A stretch of DNA of 64,000 nt, from assembly GCA_000004985.1 (NCBI GenBank), contig GG738848.1; one strand, given 5' to 3'. Source of the DNA: Naegleria gruberi (lineage: Eukaryota). The notes beneath the pieces were generated by a model, which was given only the letters and a program-made list of their open reading frames with translations, was not told where the DNA came from and searched no databases. Position 1 is the first letter of the stretch. Each line of letters begins with the position of its first letter. A program made the translations under genes and the position numbers. This document shows positions 1 through 12,126 of the stretch, in pieces.

Positions 1-704
1 ATCAATATTCGGATATTTTAATCACTTACTGGAACCCATTCATTGTGGAATTTGGAGAATTGATGTATGCTAGAAGAGATGGAGGTATCTACATTTCACA
101 ACTCCAACAATCCAATTCTAACAATTCCAACAAGAGCAATAATAGAAATCCAACCTTTTCACAACAAGAAATTTGCTCTCTCCAATATGGAACTGAAAAT
201 TTCATTGGACAAATATTGAGCTTAGATGAGGATAGATTCTTGGTGAGATCAATATGTAAGAATGAACTCGGCTACAGCATCTATATTCACATGTTCGACA
301 AGAGGAAGTTGTCATTGAATTCTTCTCCATTCCATAGCTGTCTAGTTTCTTACGATTTCGAAGAGAAACATCAACAACTCTTCAATCTTTCCACCATTAC
401 AGAAGAAGTCAATGTTAAAATGTTCATCCACAACTCTCGCTTCCTAATTTGTGGCGATTCAAAAGGATGGCTGAGAGTGTGGGATATCTACAAGGGAGGA
501 AAACCAATCTCTACGAAAAAGTTACAAGATTGTACCTGTTCAGAATTGGTATTCTTTTCTCCGTCTTGTTCTTTGGAACCAGCATCACATTCTTCATCAT
601 TAGGTTCGGATGGATACCTTCTCATGCCAATGGTGCATCATGTAAGGAATGGTGGCTACTTCTCTTCTACTAGTAGTACGTGTGTTGCAATTCCTCTGCA
701 CTAA
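1..704 (+). CDS. 5'-partial hypothetical protein with one WD-repeat-like motif. The gene probably starts upstream of the window.
   Basis: The frame of ORF 45..704 stays open back to position 3 with no stop. It contains GWLRVWD, which resembles the end of a WD repeat. No other conserved motif was found. Confidence 0.3.
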   Translation, partial: QYSDILITYWNPFIVEFGELMYARRDGGIYISQLQQSNSNNSNKSNNRNPTFSQQEICSLQYGTENFIGQILSLDEDRFLVRSICKNELGYSIYIHMFDKRKLSLNSSPFHSCLVSYDFEEKHQQLFNLSTITEEVNVKMFIHNSRFLICGDSKGWLRVWDIYKGGKPISTKKLQDCTCSELVFFSPSCSLEPASHSSSLGSDGYLLMPMVHHVRNGGYFSSTSSTCVAIPLH

Positions 705-863
705 TGGCATTAGTGAAGAAATGTCGACCAAATAATAATTCAAAAGATCATCCTAGGAAATTAATGTATTTGTCATAATTACAGGATTGTACAAAGATCC
801 ATGATACATTTTATTCCCATCACGAAAAACATAAATTATAAATTATTATTATTATTTGATGAT

Positions 864-1220
864 TTACTTCTTGATAACAACTCTCAAATATTCTTCAATA
901 TCGGCACCCTTTCCTACCTTGTAGCTGTGATAGTATCTATCGAACAAAGATTTACAAGACTTTTGGAGGACTGGGAGTTGCTTGGAACAAACAACATTAA
1001 TAACTTCTTCTCTATTCTTAAAATCAAAGTTTTGTTCATTGAGTTTAGAAACTTGAGCTTGGATATCCTTGTCCACAGCAGTCAAGGTTTCTGTGAGTTT
1101 ATGAGATGAGAATTTTCCACTTCCATCAACAGAGTCGTGTCCTCCTTTGAAAGCAACAGCATTAGCTGCAACGAGCAACATTGAAATACCTCCAATCTTG
1201 ACAAGTCTTGAGATGGTCAT
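864..1220 (-). CDS. Small hypothetical protein (118 aa) with a hydrophobic N-terminus
   Basis: Clean ORF flanked by AT-rich intergenic DNA. The N-terminal hydrophobic stretch is LVKIGGISMLLVAANAVAF. No family recognised. Confidence 0.35.
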   Translation of the reverse strand: MTISRLVKIGGISMLLVAANAVAFKGGHDSVDGSGKFSSHKLTETLTAVDKDIQAQVSKLNEQNFDFKNREEVINVVCSKQLPVLQKSCKSLFDRYYHSYKVGKGADIEEYLRVVIKK

Positions 1221-1836
1221 TATGTAATATTTTTTTTTAAAATTTCTTAGTATTACAAAGCTAATTTTTGCTTGCGATTTTTATTCTTGAGAGAAATTTT
1301 TGATTTTGATAGAAGAAGCTAACACACAACATTGCAATACATCAAACTCTGAGCACTACTTGAACAGCAGAGGTATGAATGAATATTAAATTAATCAGCA
1401 CAGCACAAAAAGCCGGCTCTTGATATTACTGCTTTTTGTTGTACATCAATAAAAGGCATCAATAATGTGCCCGCTCTTCTATTGTTCCGAAATTAAAGGC
1501 AGCATTCTTACATCAACAACTCGAAATACATGCATCATCAACCGATGTATGCTTCCTTATAGTCTCATCCCCAGTATACTTCTATGAACATACTATTGTA
1601 AATTCAATTCCATATATCCCTACTGGTCCTGTAGGAATTTTTTTAATCTGGGCACTAATGGAGATTTTACATGTAGCTCTTTATTGAACAAGTGCTACAA
1701 AAGTAGAAAATTATGTGCATTGAGAGAAGAATAGTGTTATCCGAACTGTTGTTGCACAACTGTTGACCACCTTTTGATCTACTGTTATTGTAAACAACTG
1801 AGTGGTCTACAATGCAATATTACAGACAAAATAGGT

Positions 1837-3597
1837 TTATTCCTCATCTTCTCCATTCCATTCAATATCAAAAGTCATGGCAGAAATCAAATTGACTCTA
1901 AAACGCCACATTTTAATGATTGGATCCAGGGCAAAGTATGCCTGCATGAAAAATGGCAGTGGATCATTAGGTTTAAATAGGGCATCCTTTTCAATTCCAC
2001 ATTTCAATACATCTGCGAGCCATGATGAGATTAATTGCATTGAGGAACATCCTACAAAGAGAGTGAGAATCATGGCACCTAATAATTGAGATTTGGTACC
2101 AAATGGTGGTGAGAGAATTTCATGTTCTGCCTTGTTATCTTCATTGCTGGTGGAGGTTGCTTGTTGTGGGAAGAAACATTGAATGAATTTGGCACGATTG
2201 ACATGAGGGGTGTTAAATAAGTGAGCTCCACTGGTGGCTCTTGGATTGCATTCAATTGGATGAATGATTAATTCTTGCCCCTTCTTGGTGACAATAAAAT
2301 CAAATGAAATTTGACCTGTGAAATTTCTATGTGAAACCACTGAGGAAATCCAAGATTTGAGGGCTGTATCAATTTGATCATTACTAATCTGTTCAAAATA
2401 GACAGTACTTCCAACAGGTGTTCCATTCGGCGTGTGAATTCCTCCCAAGTAGGTACAGTGAGCTAGCAATTTTCCTCTCTGAGCAACTCCAAAACTGCAA
2501 ACAATTTGACCATCAACGAATTTTTGGGCTACCCACCAAGTCGATGAATCATTTGAAACCTTTGCACTCTTTACAATATCAATGTAGCTTTCATAGCTTG
2601 GTTTGACAATGGTCTGAGAGGCAAATCTCGAATAACATGGCTTTAAGACAACTTGACCATTACATTTCTTCCAAAAATTGATCATTTCAGTGTTATCTTT
2701 CAGATGGCTATGATTAATGAGAATGGTTTCTGGATTCTTGACTCTAATTTTAGTATTTTCATTCAATGTTTCCTCATTATTTCCAATATATTCCACAAAA
2801 TCATACTTGTTGTGAAGTTCACGTAAATTTTCCAATGGTTCGCAACATACGAAACAGTTGGCCTCCTTTTCAACCTGGACTTTAGCTCTAGCAACATGAA
2901 AAACTTCCTCACAAGTAGGAATGACAATATCAATCTTCAATTCTTTACAAATTTCAATCAATTCCTTTTGAAATGTCTTGAATTTCTTGTTAGGATATAC
3001 TGAAAAGTATCTAACTGACTTGGCATATTTCGAAAGATTTGCCACAAACATTGGTCTATACGATGGGGATTCCACCAAATGAACTGAATGTCCCATCTCT
3101 GAAAACATTCTCAAATAATCCAAACAAACAGGAGCTCTCCCTCCCAACAAGAGAATATTCCTTTTCTTTTTCAATTCTGAATCCTCTTCACTCGATTTCC
3201 TGACCAAATTATAAACCTTTGATGTATCATCAATTTCACAATTATTCACACTACCATCGCCACAATATTCATTTAAATATTCTCCAATAATTAATACAAT
3301 CTGATAAAAGGTAGCCAACACTACAATCACACTCACAATCATCATCTTGACCATCACGAGTGCCACCTTTTTCATGAATGCAACAACAGATGATACGATC
3401 ATTCCTTGATGCATTGTTTGCTCTTCCTTTTGACTTGTCATTTCAACCTCCGAAAAACCAAGAAGCCTTTCTCTGCTTTTGAATATCAAAAAAACGAACA
3501 GCAACAATTTGCCTAGTAGTCTTAAAGTCTTTTTTTTTGTGAGTGACAAATGTGGGGTGGATTTGCAAGTGTGTGAAGGTCCTTCGCCAAAAACCAA
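1837..3597 (-). CDS. ATP-grasp-like domain protein with an N-terminal TM segment. The true ATG is probably near 3440, so the first ~50 codons of the ORF are likely 5'UTR.
   Basis: The C-terminal half contains GQISFDFIVTKKGQELIIHPIECNPRATSGAHLF, a typical ATP-grasp E-x-N-P-R nucleotide-binding motif. The upstream half has a Rossmann-like pre-ATP-grasp stretch, LLLGGRAPVCLDYLRMFSEMGHSVHLVE. The N-terminus MTSQKEEQTMHQGMIVSSVVAF is followed by a TM helix. Confidence 0.5.
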   Translation of the reverse strand: MVFGEGPSHTCKSTPHLSLTKKKTLRLLGKLLLFVFLIFKSRERLLGFSEVEMTSQKEEQTMHQGMIVSSVVAFMKKVALVMVKMMIVSVIVVLATFYQIVLIIGEYLNEYCGDGSVNNCEIDDTSKVYNLVRKSSEEDSELKKKRNILLLGGRAPVCLDYLRMFSEMGHSVHLVESPSYRPMFVANLSKYAKSVRYFSVYPNKKFKTFQKELIEICKELKIDIVIPTCEEVFHVARAKVQVEKEANCFVCCEPLENLRELHNKYDFVEYIGNNEETLNENTKIRVKNPETILINHSHLKDNTEMINFWKKCNGQVVLKPCYSRFASQTIVKPSYESYIDIVKSAKVSNDSSTWWVAQKFVDGQIVCSFGVAQRGKLLAHCTYLGGIHTPNGTPVGSTVYFEQISNDQIDTALKSWISSVVSHRNFTGQISFDFIVTKKGQELIIHPIECNPRATSGAHLFNTPHVNRAKFIQCFFPQQATSTSNEDNKAEHEILSPPFGTKSQLLGAMILTLFVGCSSMQLISSWLADVLKCGIEKDALFKPNDPLPFFMQAYFALDPIIKMWRFRVNLISAMTFDIEWNGEDEE

Positions 3598-3874
3598 GCC
3601 AATCAGTTACGGAAGTTTTGTTTTGAACCTCAGACAGTGGACGTGGGGAGGATTTGTGGGAAAATCGAGGAAATTTGAAAGTCCTTAATGTACAGTAAAT
3701 TTTGAGAACTTTCAAAATTCCACATGATGATAACAAATTCCACACTACACTTGCTATTTTCCTCTCAGATCAATGAAAGATTCAATTTATGATTGAATTA
3801 AAATGTGTTGTTGTGTTTATAATGAAGAGAATAGATAAATTGAGAAAGTGATAGGTTGCGTGTGAATTCAATAT

Positions 3875-5075
3875 TTACATGACCAGACAGCAACCTTTCT
3901 TTTCACCATTTCTATTCTGTGATGCATTATTGGGTGATGTATTGGTCTTTGATGTGTTGTTTCCTCCACTTCCACCTTCGAGATCAGAACTGTTCAAAAC
4001 ACCTTGATATAATAGACCTGTCTCACTTGCTTTTTTGAAAACTTCTGTAATACCAACTTGTGTCTTACCACTACACATACAGAATGCGTAGGCACCAAGC
4101 TTTTTGGCAAGGGCCTCTCCTTCCTCTTTGGTCACTGGTTTTTCGCCATGTTCTTCAAGTTTTTTCAAAGTTTCTGGATCTGTAAATATTTTGTAAAATA
4201 GTTTTCCAATTCCAATAAAATTTCACACAATTATTGAAAGGCAGTTCAACAGTTTGAACATTGTCAAATTCACATCCATCAGATTATTATTTAAATAATA
4301 ATAATAATAATAATAACAATAGAAAATATTCAAAGTCATCATTCGAAAGAAAAACCTACCATTTGCACTATCCAATTTAGTTCCACACAAAACAAATGGA
4401 ACATCCTTTGAAAATGTTCTAATTTCTTTAATCCAATGCGCATCAACATTTTCAAAACTCGATCTACTAATCAATGAAAAACAAATTAGAAAAACATGAG
4501 TTCCAGGAAAAGCTAATGGACGCATTTGTTCATAGCTGTTTTTAAATATTAATAATAATTAGTATTATTATTATCAAGAATATAGAGAGCGTTTAGATAT
4601 ATCAGAAAAAAGGTGATGATGATGGTTTGTTGTTCCTTTCTATTAGAATTATTAGAATTGATGAATGACTTACTCACTGTAAAGAATTGTGTTATTGGAA
4701 TGTGATAAAAAGTACTTACTCTTGACCAGCTGTATCCCACAGCCCAAGGGATACGTGAATTTGTTTATTGTACACCATTGTACATGTCTAATTTAATGTC
4801 AAATGTCTATTTTCAAGTTTTGAAAGTGAATAACAACACTTACATAGTTATCGAAAACTGTTGGCACGTAGTCTTCTGGGAATTTATCTAAAGCGTATGA
4901 CATGAGTAAAGATGTTTTACCTAATCATCATCATTTAGTTTCCAATGAAAAAATTAAATTAATAAAAACATACCGACTGCACCGTCTCCTACGGTCTTGT
5001 TAAAAGGTTGATGATGTTATTATTGGGTGTTTTACTTACCATCAGTTTGACGCTTTCCATGCGAGGTTGAGACAT
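3875..5075 (-). CDS. Rho-family small GTPase (Rac-like), 6 exons
   Basis: Hand-spliced exons are about 5040..5075, 4974..4995, 4844..4920, 4720..4787, 4360..4535 and 3875..4179. All introns are GTAAGT/GTATGT...AG. The assembled protein carries the motifs below. G1: [34 protein letters not shown]3: [20 protein letters not shown], then [17 protein letters not shown]4: CGTKLD. G5: [13 protein letters not shown]. It ends in the CAAX box CLVM after a polybasic/Ser-rich tail. The spliced length is 684 nt, giving 227 aa. Confidence 0.85.
4289..4316. repeat. (AAT)n microsatellite inside the last intron of the Rho GTPase gene
   Basis: aataataataataataataataa read directly from the sequence. Confidence 0.8.
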
Positions 5076-5440
5076 TTTTTATTTTTCCTTGTCAAATGTC
5101 TGTTGATAGTTTTCGCAACAAAGACTTGCAGATAATGGAAACAATTTTTGATGAGAAATTAGTTATCAACAATAAGAGTCACTTGTTCAGTGTTCTAATT
5201 GTATCATGATGTTAAATATTGACCTAAGATGAAGAATTTAATAACATTTCAATATGTTTCAACTAATTAACTATTTCTGACTTGGTCTCAGATGATCTTT
5301 GAACGGATGTTTTTCAAGATAATAAGAAATTCAAAACAAATTTCACCTAACAACAAGATTAAAAAAGAAATGGAATTACTTTTCAAAATACAATTTTATG
5401 TTTATTCGAATCTAATATTCTGTCTGCTTAATAAATTAAT

Positions 5441-7338
5441 TTAGTGTAAATTACTAGTTCCATAATTTGAGTGGAATGAAGAAGTTGGACTTCCCATATC
5501 AACTCTAATATTGTTTACAAGTTGTTTTCGTTGCTTTTGTTCCAAAACGAATTGTTCTTGTTGAGAATCAATCATCTTCTTCATGTTGTAGAGTCTTCTC
5601 TTTTCCAAATCAGCTAACATGAGTTCGAGAGCAGCTCTGGAGACAGTTTCTTCATAGGCAGAAACTTCACTGAATTCCAAGGCATCCAAACCTTGTTCTT
5701 CCTCTTCACGAGTATTGACCAACAAGTGTGGATAGTATCTATTGATCATTCTAATTGAGATGGCAAGAATGAAGGTAATGAGTCCCGACCAGAAGAAGGC
5801 CAAACCAACACCAACCAATTGAGCCATTAATTGCCATCCATTACCATAGAAAACACCATCAGCTCCATCTGGATTGACTGAGGTTGTGGCACAGAAACCA
5901 ATGGCAATACTTCCAATAAGACCAGTAATACCGTGAACACTCTAATTTTAATTGTGAATGGTTCAAGTGAAATATAAATTACAGATTAAAACTCTATTTC
6001 AATAATACTTACGGAAACATCAAGAGCATCATCAATTCTGAGTTTATGCTTCAACAAGTAAATACCCAAATAACTGAAAGCACCAAGAATCAAACCAAGA
6101 ACCATAGCAGCATGAACAGTGATATAACCAGAAGCTGGTGTAATACCAGCAAGACCAGCAATACTACCATTTAACAAACTGACCAAGGATGGCTTCTTAT
6201 TCTTGATCCAGTGCATGATAAGCCAAACAACTGTTGATGTACAAGCAGCAGCTTGGGTATTGACAATGGCAGCAATGGCAACACTTGATGATGAGAGAGC
6301 ACTACCAGCATTGAATCCAAACCAACCCATCCACTATTTAATTCAAGTTAAAAAAATGAATTCACACTTTTTGTAAACTTACCAATCTATTAACGAGGTC
6401 AGTAAATATGAAATATTATAAAAATACTTACAAAGCAGCACCAATAGCAGCAAGTGGAAGATTAGATGGATGAGGTTCACCGTGGTGATCATCAAAATCT
6501 TTTCTTCTACCAAAAACAAGAGCACACACCAAAGCAGCAATACCTGATTGGACGTGAATGACAATACCACCAGCAAAATCTAAAGTATCCAATGGTTTAT
6601 GGGATAAGAAACCACCTCCCCAAATAATGTGAGCAACTGGGTAGTAAACCAAAAATTCCCAAATAAGAATGAAAGCAATATAAGCTAATTTGGTTTAGAG
6701 ATTGAAAAGTTTGAATGAAAAACATACCCCTCCATTTTAATCTTTCAGCAAAAGCACCTGTCATCAAAAGTGGTGTAATGCAAGCAAACCTATTTACATT
6801 GAAAACAAGTGTTTGTAAAAGATTGGTTCAATATATGTGAGAAATTATAATACACTTACATCATTTGGAAAATTGCAAAAGATGCATGTGGAATTGAGAG
6901 AGCATGTTGTGAACACTTATTCAAATCAACTCCAATGAATGCAATATAATCAAGACCACCAATAATACCACCTTGTGTTGGACCAAAAACAAGAGTGTAT
7001 CCAAATAAAATCCATGCCACAGCCAAAACTGCCAGACCAATCCAAATTTGACTGAAAATCGTCAAGGTTTCTTTCTTTCTACTCAGACCTGCTTCAAAGA
7101 AAGCCAAAGCACTCATCATGGCCAATACGAGAATTGATGAAACAGTAACCCAGGCGGTATCACCTATTATATAGCAATGGTCAACATCAAACAAGAAGTG
7201 AATTTTCATGATTATCCACACACAACAATCATCAAGATAACTTTAAATGACAATAAACATACCATCATCAATTAAACAATCCACATCAGGATTAAATCCT
7301 CCATTCACTATACGTTTAGCAGTTAATCCGGAAACCAT
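5441..7338 (-). CDS. Ammonium transporter (Amt/MEP family), about 7 exons
   Basis: Exons are about 7263..7338, 6860..7163, 6728..6789, 6432..6684, a 4-nt micro-exon near 6383..6386, 6013..6333 and 5441..5941. Conserved Amt motifs are GDTAWVTVSSILVLAMMSALAFFEAGL, FQMMFACITPLLMTGAFAERLKW, YYPVAHIIWGGGFLS, LDFAGGIVIHVQSGIAALVCALVFGRR and WMGWFGFNAGSA. Downstream come DALDVS/SVHGITGLIGSIAIG and a C-terminal acidic tail. Confidence 0.9.
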
Positions 7339-7742
7339 TTTCAATGATCAAATTATATATTATCTAATATGTATACTCTCAACTCTCGTGTTTATATTGA
7401 TTTTAAATGATGATATATTCTCTTCTTCTTCTTCCCTATATTGTTATTGTTGTGAACACAAAAAATCCTAGCAAGTATTCAAAAAAAAGAAAGTATGAGT
7501 GAGAGCGTCGTTTGATATTTTTTTTAAAGTTTTCCTCCGGTCTTCGGATAGCATTTTACGGAACGCCTAGTTTTTATTTGGTGGTGGCGGAGTTGGAAAG
7601 GAACGGAAGATGATTTGTTTGGTTGTGCAAGCTTTTGTTGATGGGTGGTTTTGTTTGTGAGAATCTGACGTGGCTAGCCTTTAATTTTGAAACATTATTT
7701 TGTAAAAACATAAATATTGAATGGAATTGAGATTTATTGAAC

Positions 7743-8459
7743 TCATTTCAAAAAAGTGAGCAATTTCTGATCGATTTTGGATCTGGAACTTTCAATGGAT
7801 GTGAGAAGCTTTCCCAATTCAACATGGCTGAGTTTTGCAATGTCCCTTTCCTGAATACTTGAAAATCTTCTGGTTACTCCAATATTCACTTTTAGCTTTG
7901 CATTGGTTGTTGCGAGAATTTTAATTTCGTTCCACAGGTGTTTCGTCTCTTCACTCAACATTTCACCCAGATGTTTTGAATTCTCCATGGATTCATGATC
8001 TTGTTGATTCTCTTCTTGCTGAATATCATCGGTTTCGTTTGTAAGTTGATTTACAGAACATCTAATATTGAGCTGATTGTAGTACATAAACTTGACGCCT
8101 GCAATTATTTTTAATAATTCAGTGAGCTGGTCGTAATTCAGTGGTATCAATTCTTGGTCTGTAATTTGCATTTTGTTAATTGGACTTGACAATTGTTGAT
8201 TTTCTTCGCATAGAACAGAAACCTTTTCTTCAAGTTTTGAGAGAATATTCTTGATGTTACCAAGACGTTTCTTTGGAGAATGGACATCATGAGGGGCATC
8301 AACTTGTTCTTCATCACTTCCCTCATATTCAGAGTCTTCTTCTTCTTCTTCTTCACTATTCTCTTCTTCACCGTTGATAGCAGGTCGACGCACAGTTACC
8401 TTGGCTAGATTGCATTCTCCGTCTTCTTCACATTTGATAGCAAGATGTTTTCTCTTCAT
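7743..8459 (-). CDS. Hypothetical acidic nuclear-like protein (238 aa) with a poly-Glu tract
   Basis: Single clean ORF. It contains EEENSEEEEEEDSEYEGSDEE, encoded by a (gaa)n run. LIPLNYDQLTELLKIIAG may be NET/ET-like. Confidence 0.4.
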   Translation of the reverse strand: MKRKHLAIKCEEDGECNLAKVTVRRPAINGEEENSEEEEEEDSEYEGSDEEQVDAPHDVHSPKKRLGNIKNILSKLEEKVSVLCEENQQLSSPINKMQITDQELIPLNYDQLTELLKIIAGVKFMYYNQLNIRCSVNQLTNETDDIQQEENQQDHESMENSKHLGEMLSEETKHLWNEIKILATTNAKLKVNIGVTRRFSSIQERDIAKLSHVELGKLLTSIESSRSKIDQKLLTFLK

Positions 8460-8642
8460 TTTTTTTTGGTGTGTTTTGTTTGGCAGGACAAGAGTTTTTG
8501 TTTCAAAACCAAAAGATTGGGTACAATCTAATAAACTGTATTATTGATTTTTCTTTCATAATGTATTCATCTGATTCATTTAGTAACAATCGTACCATCC
8601 AACACTTTGAGAACAATCCAATCTTTAATATTAATTTAAAAA

Positions 8643-9612
8643 ATGTTTAATATTCAGAGGAAGGCACACAAGTTGATATCAAATAAGAATTTTCAACCTC
8701 TTTGGAATACCAAATCAAACAATATTGGTACAATACAACAATTTCATTGTTTAAATTGTAGATTATTAGCTTCACTGAAGAGTTTTGATGAATATAATAA
8801 TCATGTTATGAAACTTGTATCGGACGATGATTTTCAGATTGGGAGGAGAAGTAGAACATTGAGATTGGGTGAAAAATTGGTGGATGAATTTATGGAATCG
8901 AGGAGGAACAAGTCTTTAGAGTACGATCTTGAATTAATATTTAAAGAAGGTATGATGATATAATAATTAATATAATTTTTATAATGATATATATTTATTA
9001 AAAGGCTATTTAATTCCTAGTGAGATTTGGGAATTTATTCAACAAGATTTGGAAAGAATATTTGCATGTTTGAGGGCTCCTAGAAATATTGATACTTCAT
9101 TCGAGTTGGCTGTTGAAGTGAGGAATGATATTGATGTGTTAAAGTCAATATGTGAATTTTATAATATATCTGCTTTGATTAACTCTAAAAATCCAGAAGA
9201 AGAGGAAGATGTTAATCAATTGAAAAATTTGATTGTAAAATTGGAGGAAGAATGTGAACTGTTTGAGATTTCAGAAAAAATTAGGGAGTTGGATATGAGA
9301 TTAATTAATTTGAGTAATACTGATGGTGGTAATAGAGAAGTGGATGATTCGGAAGAAAGAGGAGATGATATATTTATCAAATTGGAAAAACCAAGAATTA
9401 TTATCAAGATTGTTGACCTTCTTGAGAGAAGGTTTAATTTACTGAAAAGAATGAACAAGATTCAGGATGCTAACTCTGATTTAAACAAGGCAATTTCCTT
9501 GTTAACTTATCATATCCAACAAATCGAGCTAGGAAACCACTACGAGGGAGATACTAGCTTGTCGAGAGTTAAATTCTGGTTGAATCATCTCAGTGAACAA
9601 TTAATCAAATAA
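8643..9612 (+). CDS. Hypothetical coiled-coil protein, 2 exons (8643..8949 and 9005..9612)
   Basis: The 55-nt intron runs from GTATGA to AAAAG and is a phase-1 junction. It joins the two track ORFs in frame, giving ...LELIFKE-G-YLIPSEIWEFIQQDLERIF.... No family recognised. Confidence 0.4.
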
Positions 9613-10206
9613 TAGAGCTGTTTCATCATTTCCCTTTTCCATTAAATCTACATTCTTATATTTGAATGGTTCTTTCTAGATAATTTCAATCCTTTTGGAT
9701 AGGGATAAACTTTTCAACATTGGTTTCTTCTTGGAGAGGAATAAGATAATCGAGAACTTTAAATATTTTGATCAAATATATTACAACGAGAGATATCAAA
9801 TTGAATTGTCATTTATGATTCAATCCTAAAACAATCATAAGATACTCAGTTAACATATTTGGTGAAAAATTTTGAAATAGATATTTACTCAACAAAATAT
9901 TTAAGGCAATTTAAATAACAGCTGATCTTTGAGTTACAATAATTGTAATTAAAAATGGCGCTAGATTTTTTCAAAGTCCCAACATGTTCTTCTTCACCAT
10001 TTTCAACGTTGGAAGGTTGTGAATTAACTTCCATCACGCTTCATACTAAAATTATTGTTTTTTTCAATTATCAAAATAATTTACAATCGAAATTTCTAGT
10101 GTTCTGTTCAACAAAATTTTGGTAACCGAAAAAACGCGGGTTGACGTTGATGCTTAAAACAGACAGTGCAAATTTTACCTTCTCTTAATATGTAACGTCA
10201 AAAAAA

Positions 10207-11121
10207 ATGACTGAACGTGATGATCATCAGTACTCCAAAGCTGACTGCAAATGTTTGAACGTCCGATCAAGTTGTACGGAAGGTGGAGAAGCAACAAGCC
10301 TTCAACACGAAAAGTCAATGATGATGATCAAGCGTGATTGTAGTAGTATTTGTTCGAGCGTTGTTGTTTCTGAGGATCATAAGGAAGTGATTGGTAGTGT
10401 TTTGTATGACGGCAGGAAGTACTCTTCGTCCACATGCAATAGTAGGGAAGTTAAAAGCTCTTCACAAAAACCATTGCGAGAGAGAAGACATTTTGTATTA
10501 TCACCCCTTTCAACGTTTGACTCTAAAGAGGTCCACCAACACGTACTTTTAGAGTGTAAAGAGAAAGAATTGTATTTTAAAACCAAGCCGTCGAGGAGAG
10601 GAAACAAAATTGAAGAAATTTTGAATCTCTTTGAGAGAAACACCCAAATAATAGAACCTACTTCCCAACAACCAACCGAAACCAAAGACTTGAGCGATAG
10701 AGTCTCCTGTAAATATATTCCTACCAATCACAGAAATGTAAATCAGATTATTCTCTTTAGAAGAGATGAGCAACATCATGGTATGTCTTTGACTAAACAC
10801 CAACATTCAACAATCATTCAAAAATCATCACCACAAAAACCTTCGGTACAAAAATCTTTCAAACGAAAATTTATTGAATTAGAAGAAAGTTGTAGTACTT
10901 TTCCACACGTTAACAATTCCCCTTCAATGAAGAGGTTAATTGTTGCTGCACCTACACCAATAATAGCAAAGGAATTATCAAACAACTCTTCACTTCCAAA
11001 GACTGCATCAGTTTTTGCACATGCCAAATTGCGCAAACAGAAAGCAGCTGCTTTGAAACAGTCAGCTCTTAACACCACCATCATCACTCCTAACTGTACT
11101 TTTCATGACAGGATAGCGTAA
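10207..11121 (+). CDS. Hypothetical Ser-rich protein (304 aa)
   Basis: Single ORF with ATG in an A-rich context. Low complexity, no recognisable domain. Confidence 0.3.
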   Translation: MTERDDHQYSKADCKCLNVRSSCTEGGEATSLQHEKSMMMIKRDCSSICSSVVVSEDHKEVIGSVLYDGRKYSSSTCNSREVKSSSQKPLRERRHFVLSPLSTFDSKEVHQHVLLECKEKELYFKTKPSRRGNKIEEILNLFERNTQIIEPTSQQPTETKDLSDRVSCKYIPTNHRNVNQIILFRRDEQHHGMSLTKHQHSTIIQKSSPQKPSVQKSFKRKFIELEESCSTFPHVNNSPSMKRLIVAAPTPIIAKELSNNSSLPKTASVFAHAKLRKQKAAALKQSALNTTIITPNCTFHDRIA

Positions 11122-11326
11122 ATCATTTCTATTTGAAGAGAGATGAATAAATGCTTCATTCCAAGAAATTCTCGAATATTTATTTTCCTTAATAAAATTA
11201 TTTGAATTTTTCAAACGGAAAATCAATCAATTTTGTAATTTTGTCCAACCTTCTTTCAATACCGTCAGCAAAATCATTTTAATTATCGAGTCATCATTTT
11301 TCTCATTACTATTCAACAACAATATT

Positions 11327-11785
11327 TTAAACTCCTTTGAATAAAGATAATATCAATCTAATAATCCACTCCAAACCTAGCCAATTGCTAGTATTGTTAT
11401 TATTTAATTTTCTCAATCCTGATGTAGTATTATGTTCTATAATTTCCGAATTATGTTTTTCACTCCCTGCTAAAACAACTGATGTAGTATGTTTCCGATG
11501 AAGATCAACAATATTATAATTTCTAAATGCCTTCTCCATCAATTCCGATCTCTTTCTTTCCAATTGATTTTCCAAACCTTGTTTCTTTTGTTGCAATTTT
11601 TGAACATTTCTTGTCATGGTTTGTTCACTACCCAACAATTGTTCAATCATCATCTTGTCATTTATTGTTGTAGAAACATCTCCGAACATGAATCGTTCAA
11701 TCACCTCCCTCACCAACACTCTAATATTTGTAAAATTGAGTTTTTGTTGTCTGGTTGATGAATTTCTTGTTGCATTTTCGTTCAT
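11327..11785 (-). CDS. Hypothetical coiled-coil protein (152 aa)
   Basis: Single ORF. No domain recognised. Confidence 0.25.
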   Translation of the reverse strand: MNENATRNSSTRQQKLNFTNIRVLVREVIERFMFGDVSTTINDKMMIEQLLGSEQTMTRNVQKLQQKKQGLENQLERKRSELMEKAFRNYNIVDLHRKHTTSVVLAGSEKHNSEIIEHNTTSGLRKLNNNNTSNWLGLEWIIRLILSLFKGV

Positions 11786-12126
11786 TTTTATGAGTGTGGG
11801 AAATCATGAGGAAAATTTCAAATTTTCAATTTGCAATGAAGGTGAGGTAAGCATCTCTCCTACTGTTGTAAATTTGCTTTTGAATGAATAGAGGTTCCAT
11901 TTCAATAAAAATCTTTCTTTCCAAGCAAAAACCAATCCATGCCATATGTGGTCAATTTATCCAAAGCACCCTTATCTCATTTACCACCACTACAATAATG
12001 TTATGGCACTAAGGCTTCCCAATTAAAAACGAAACTTATTAATCAATTATTTAAGAGGAATAATTTGAGTGGATGGTCTCTTGAATGATAGGTAAAAGAA
12101 GCTATTTGGTGATGAAAGTTAGTGTT

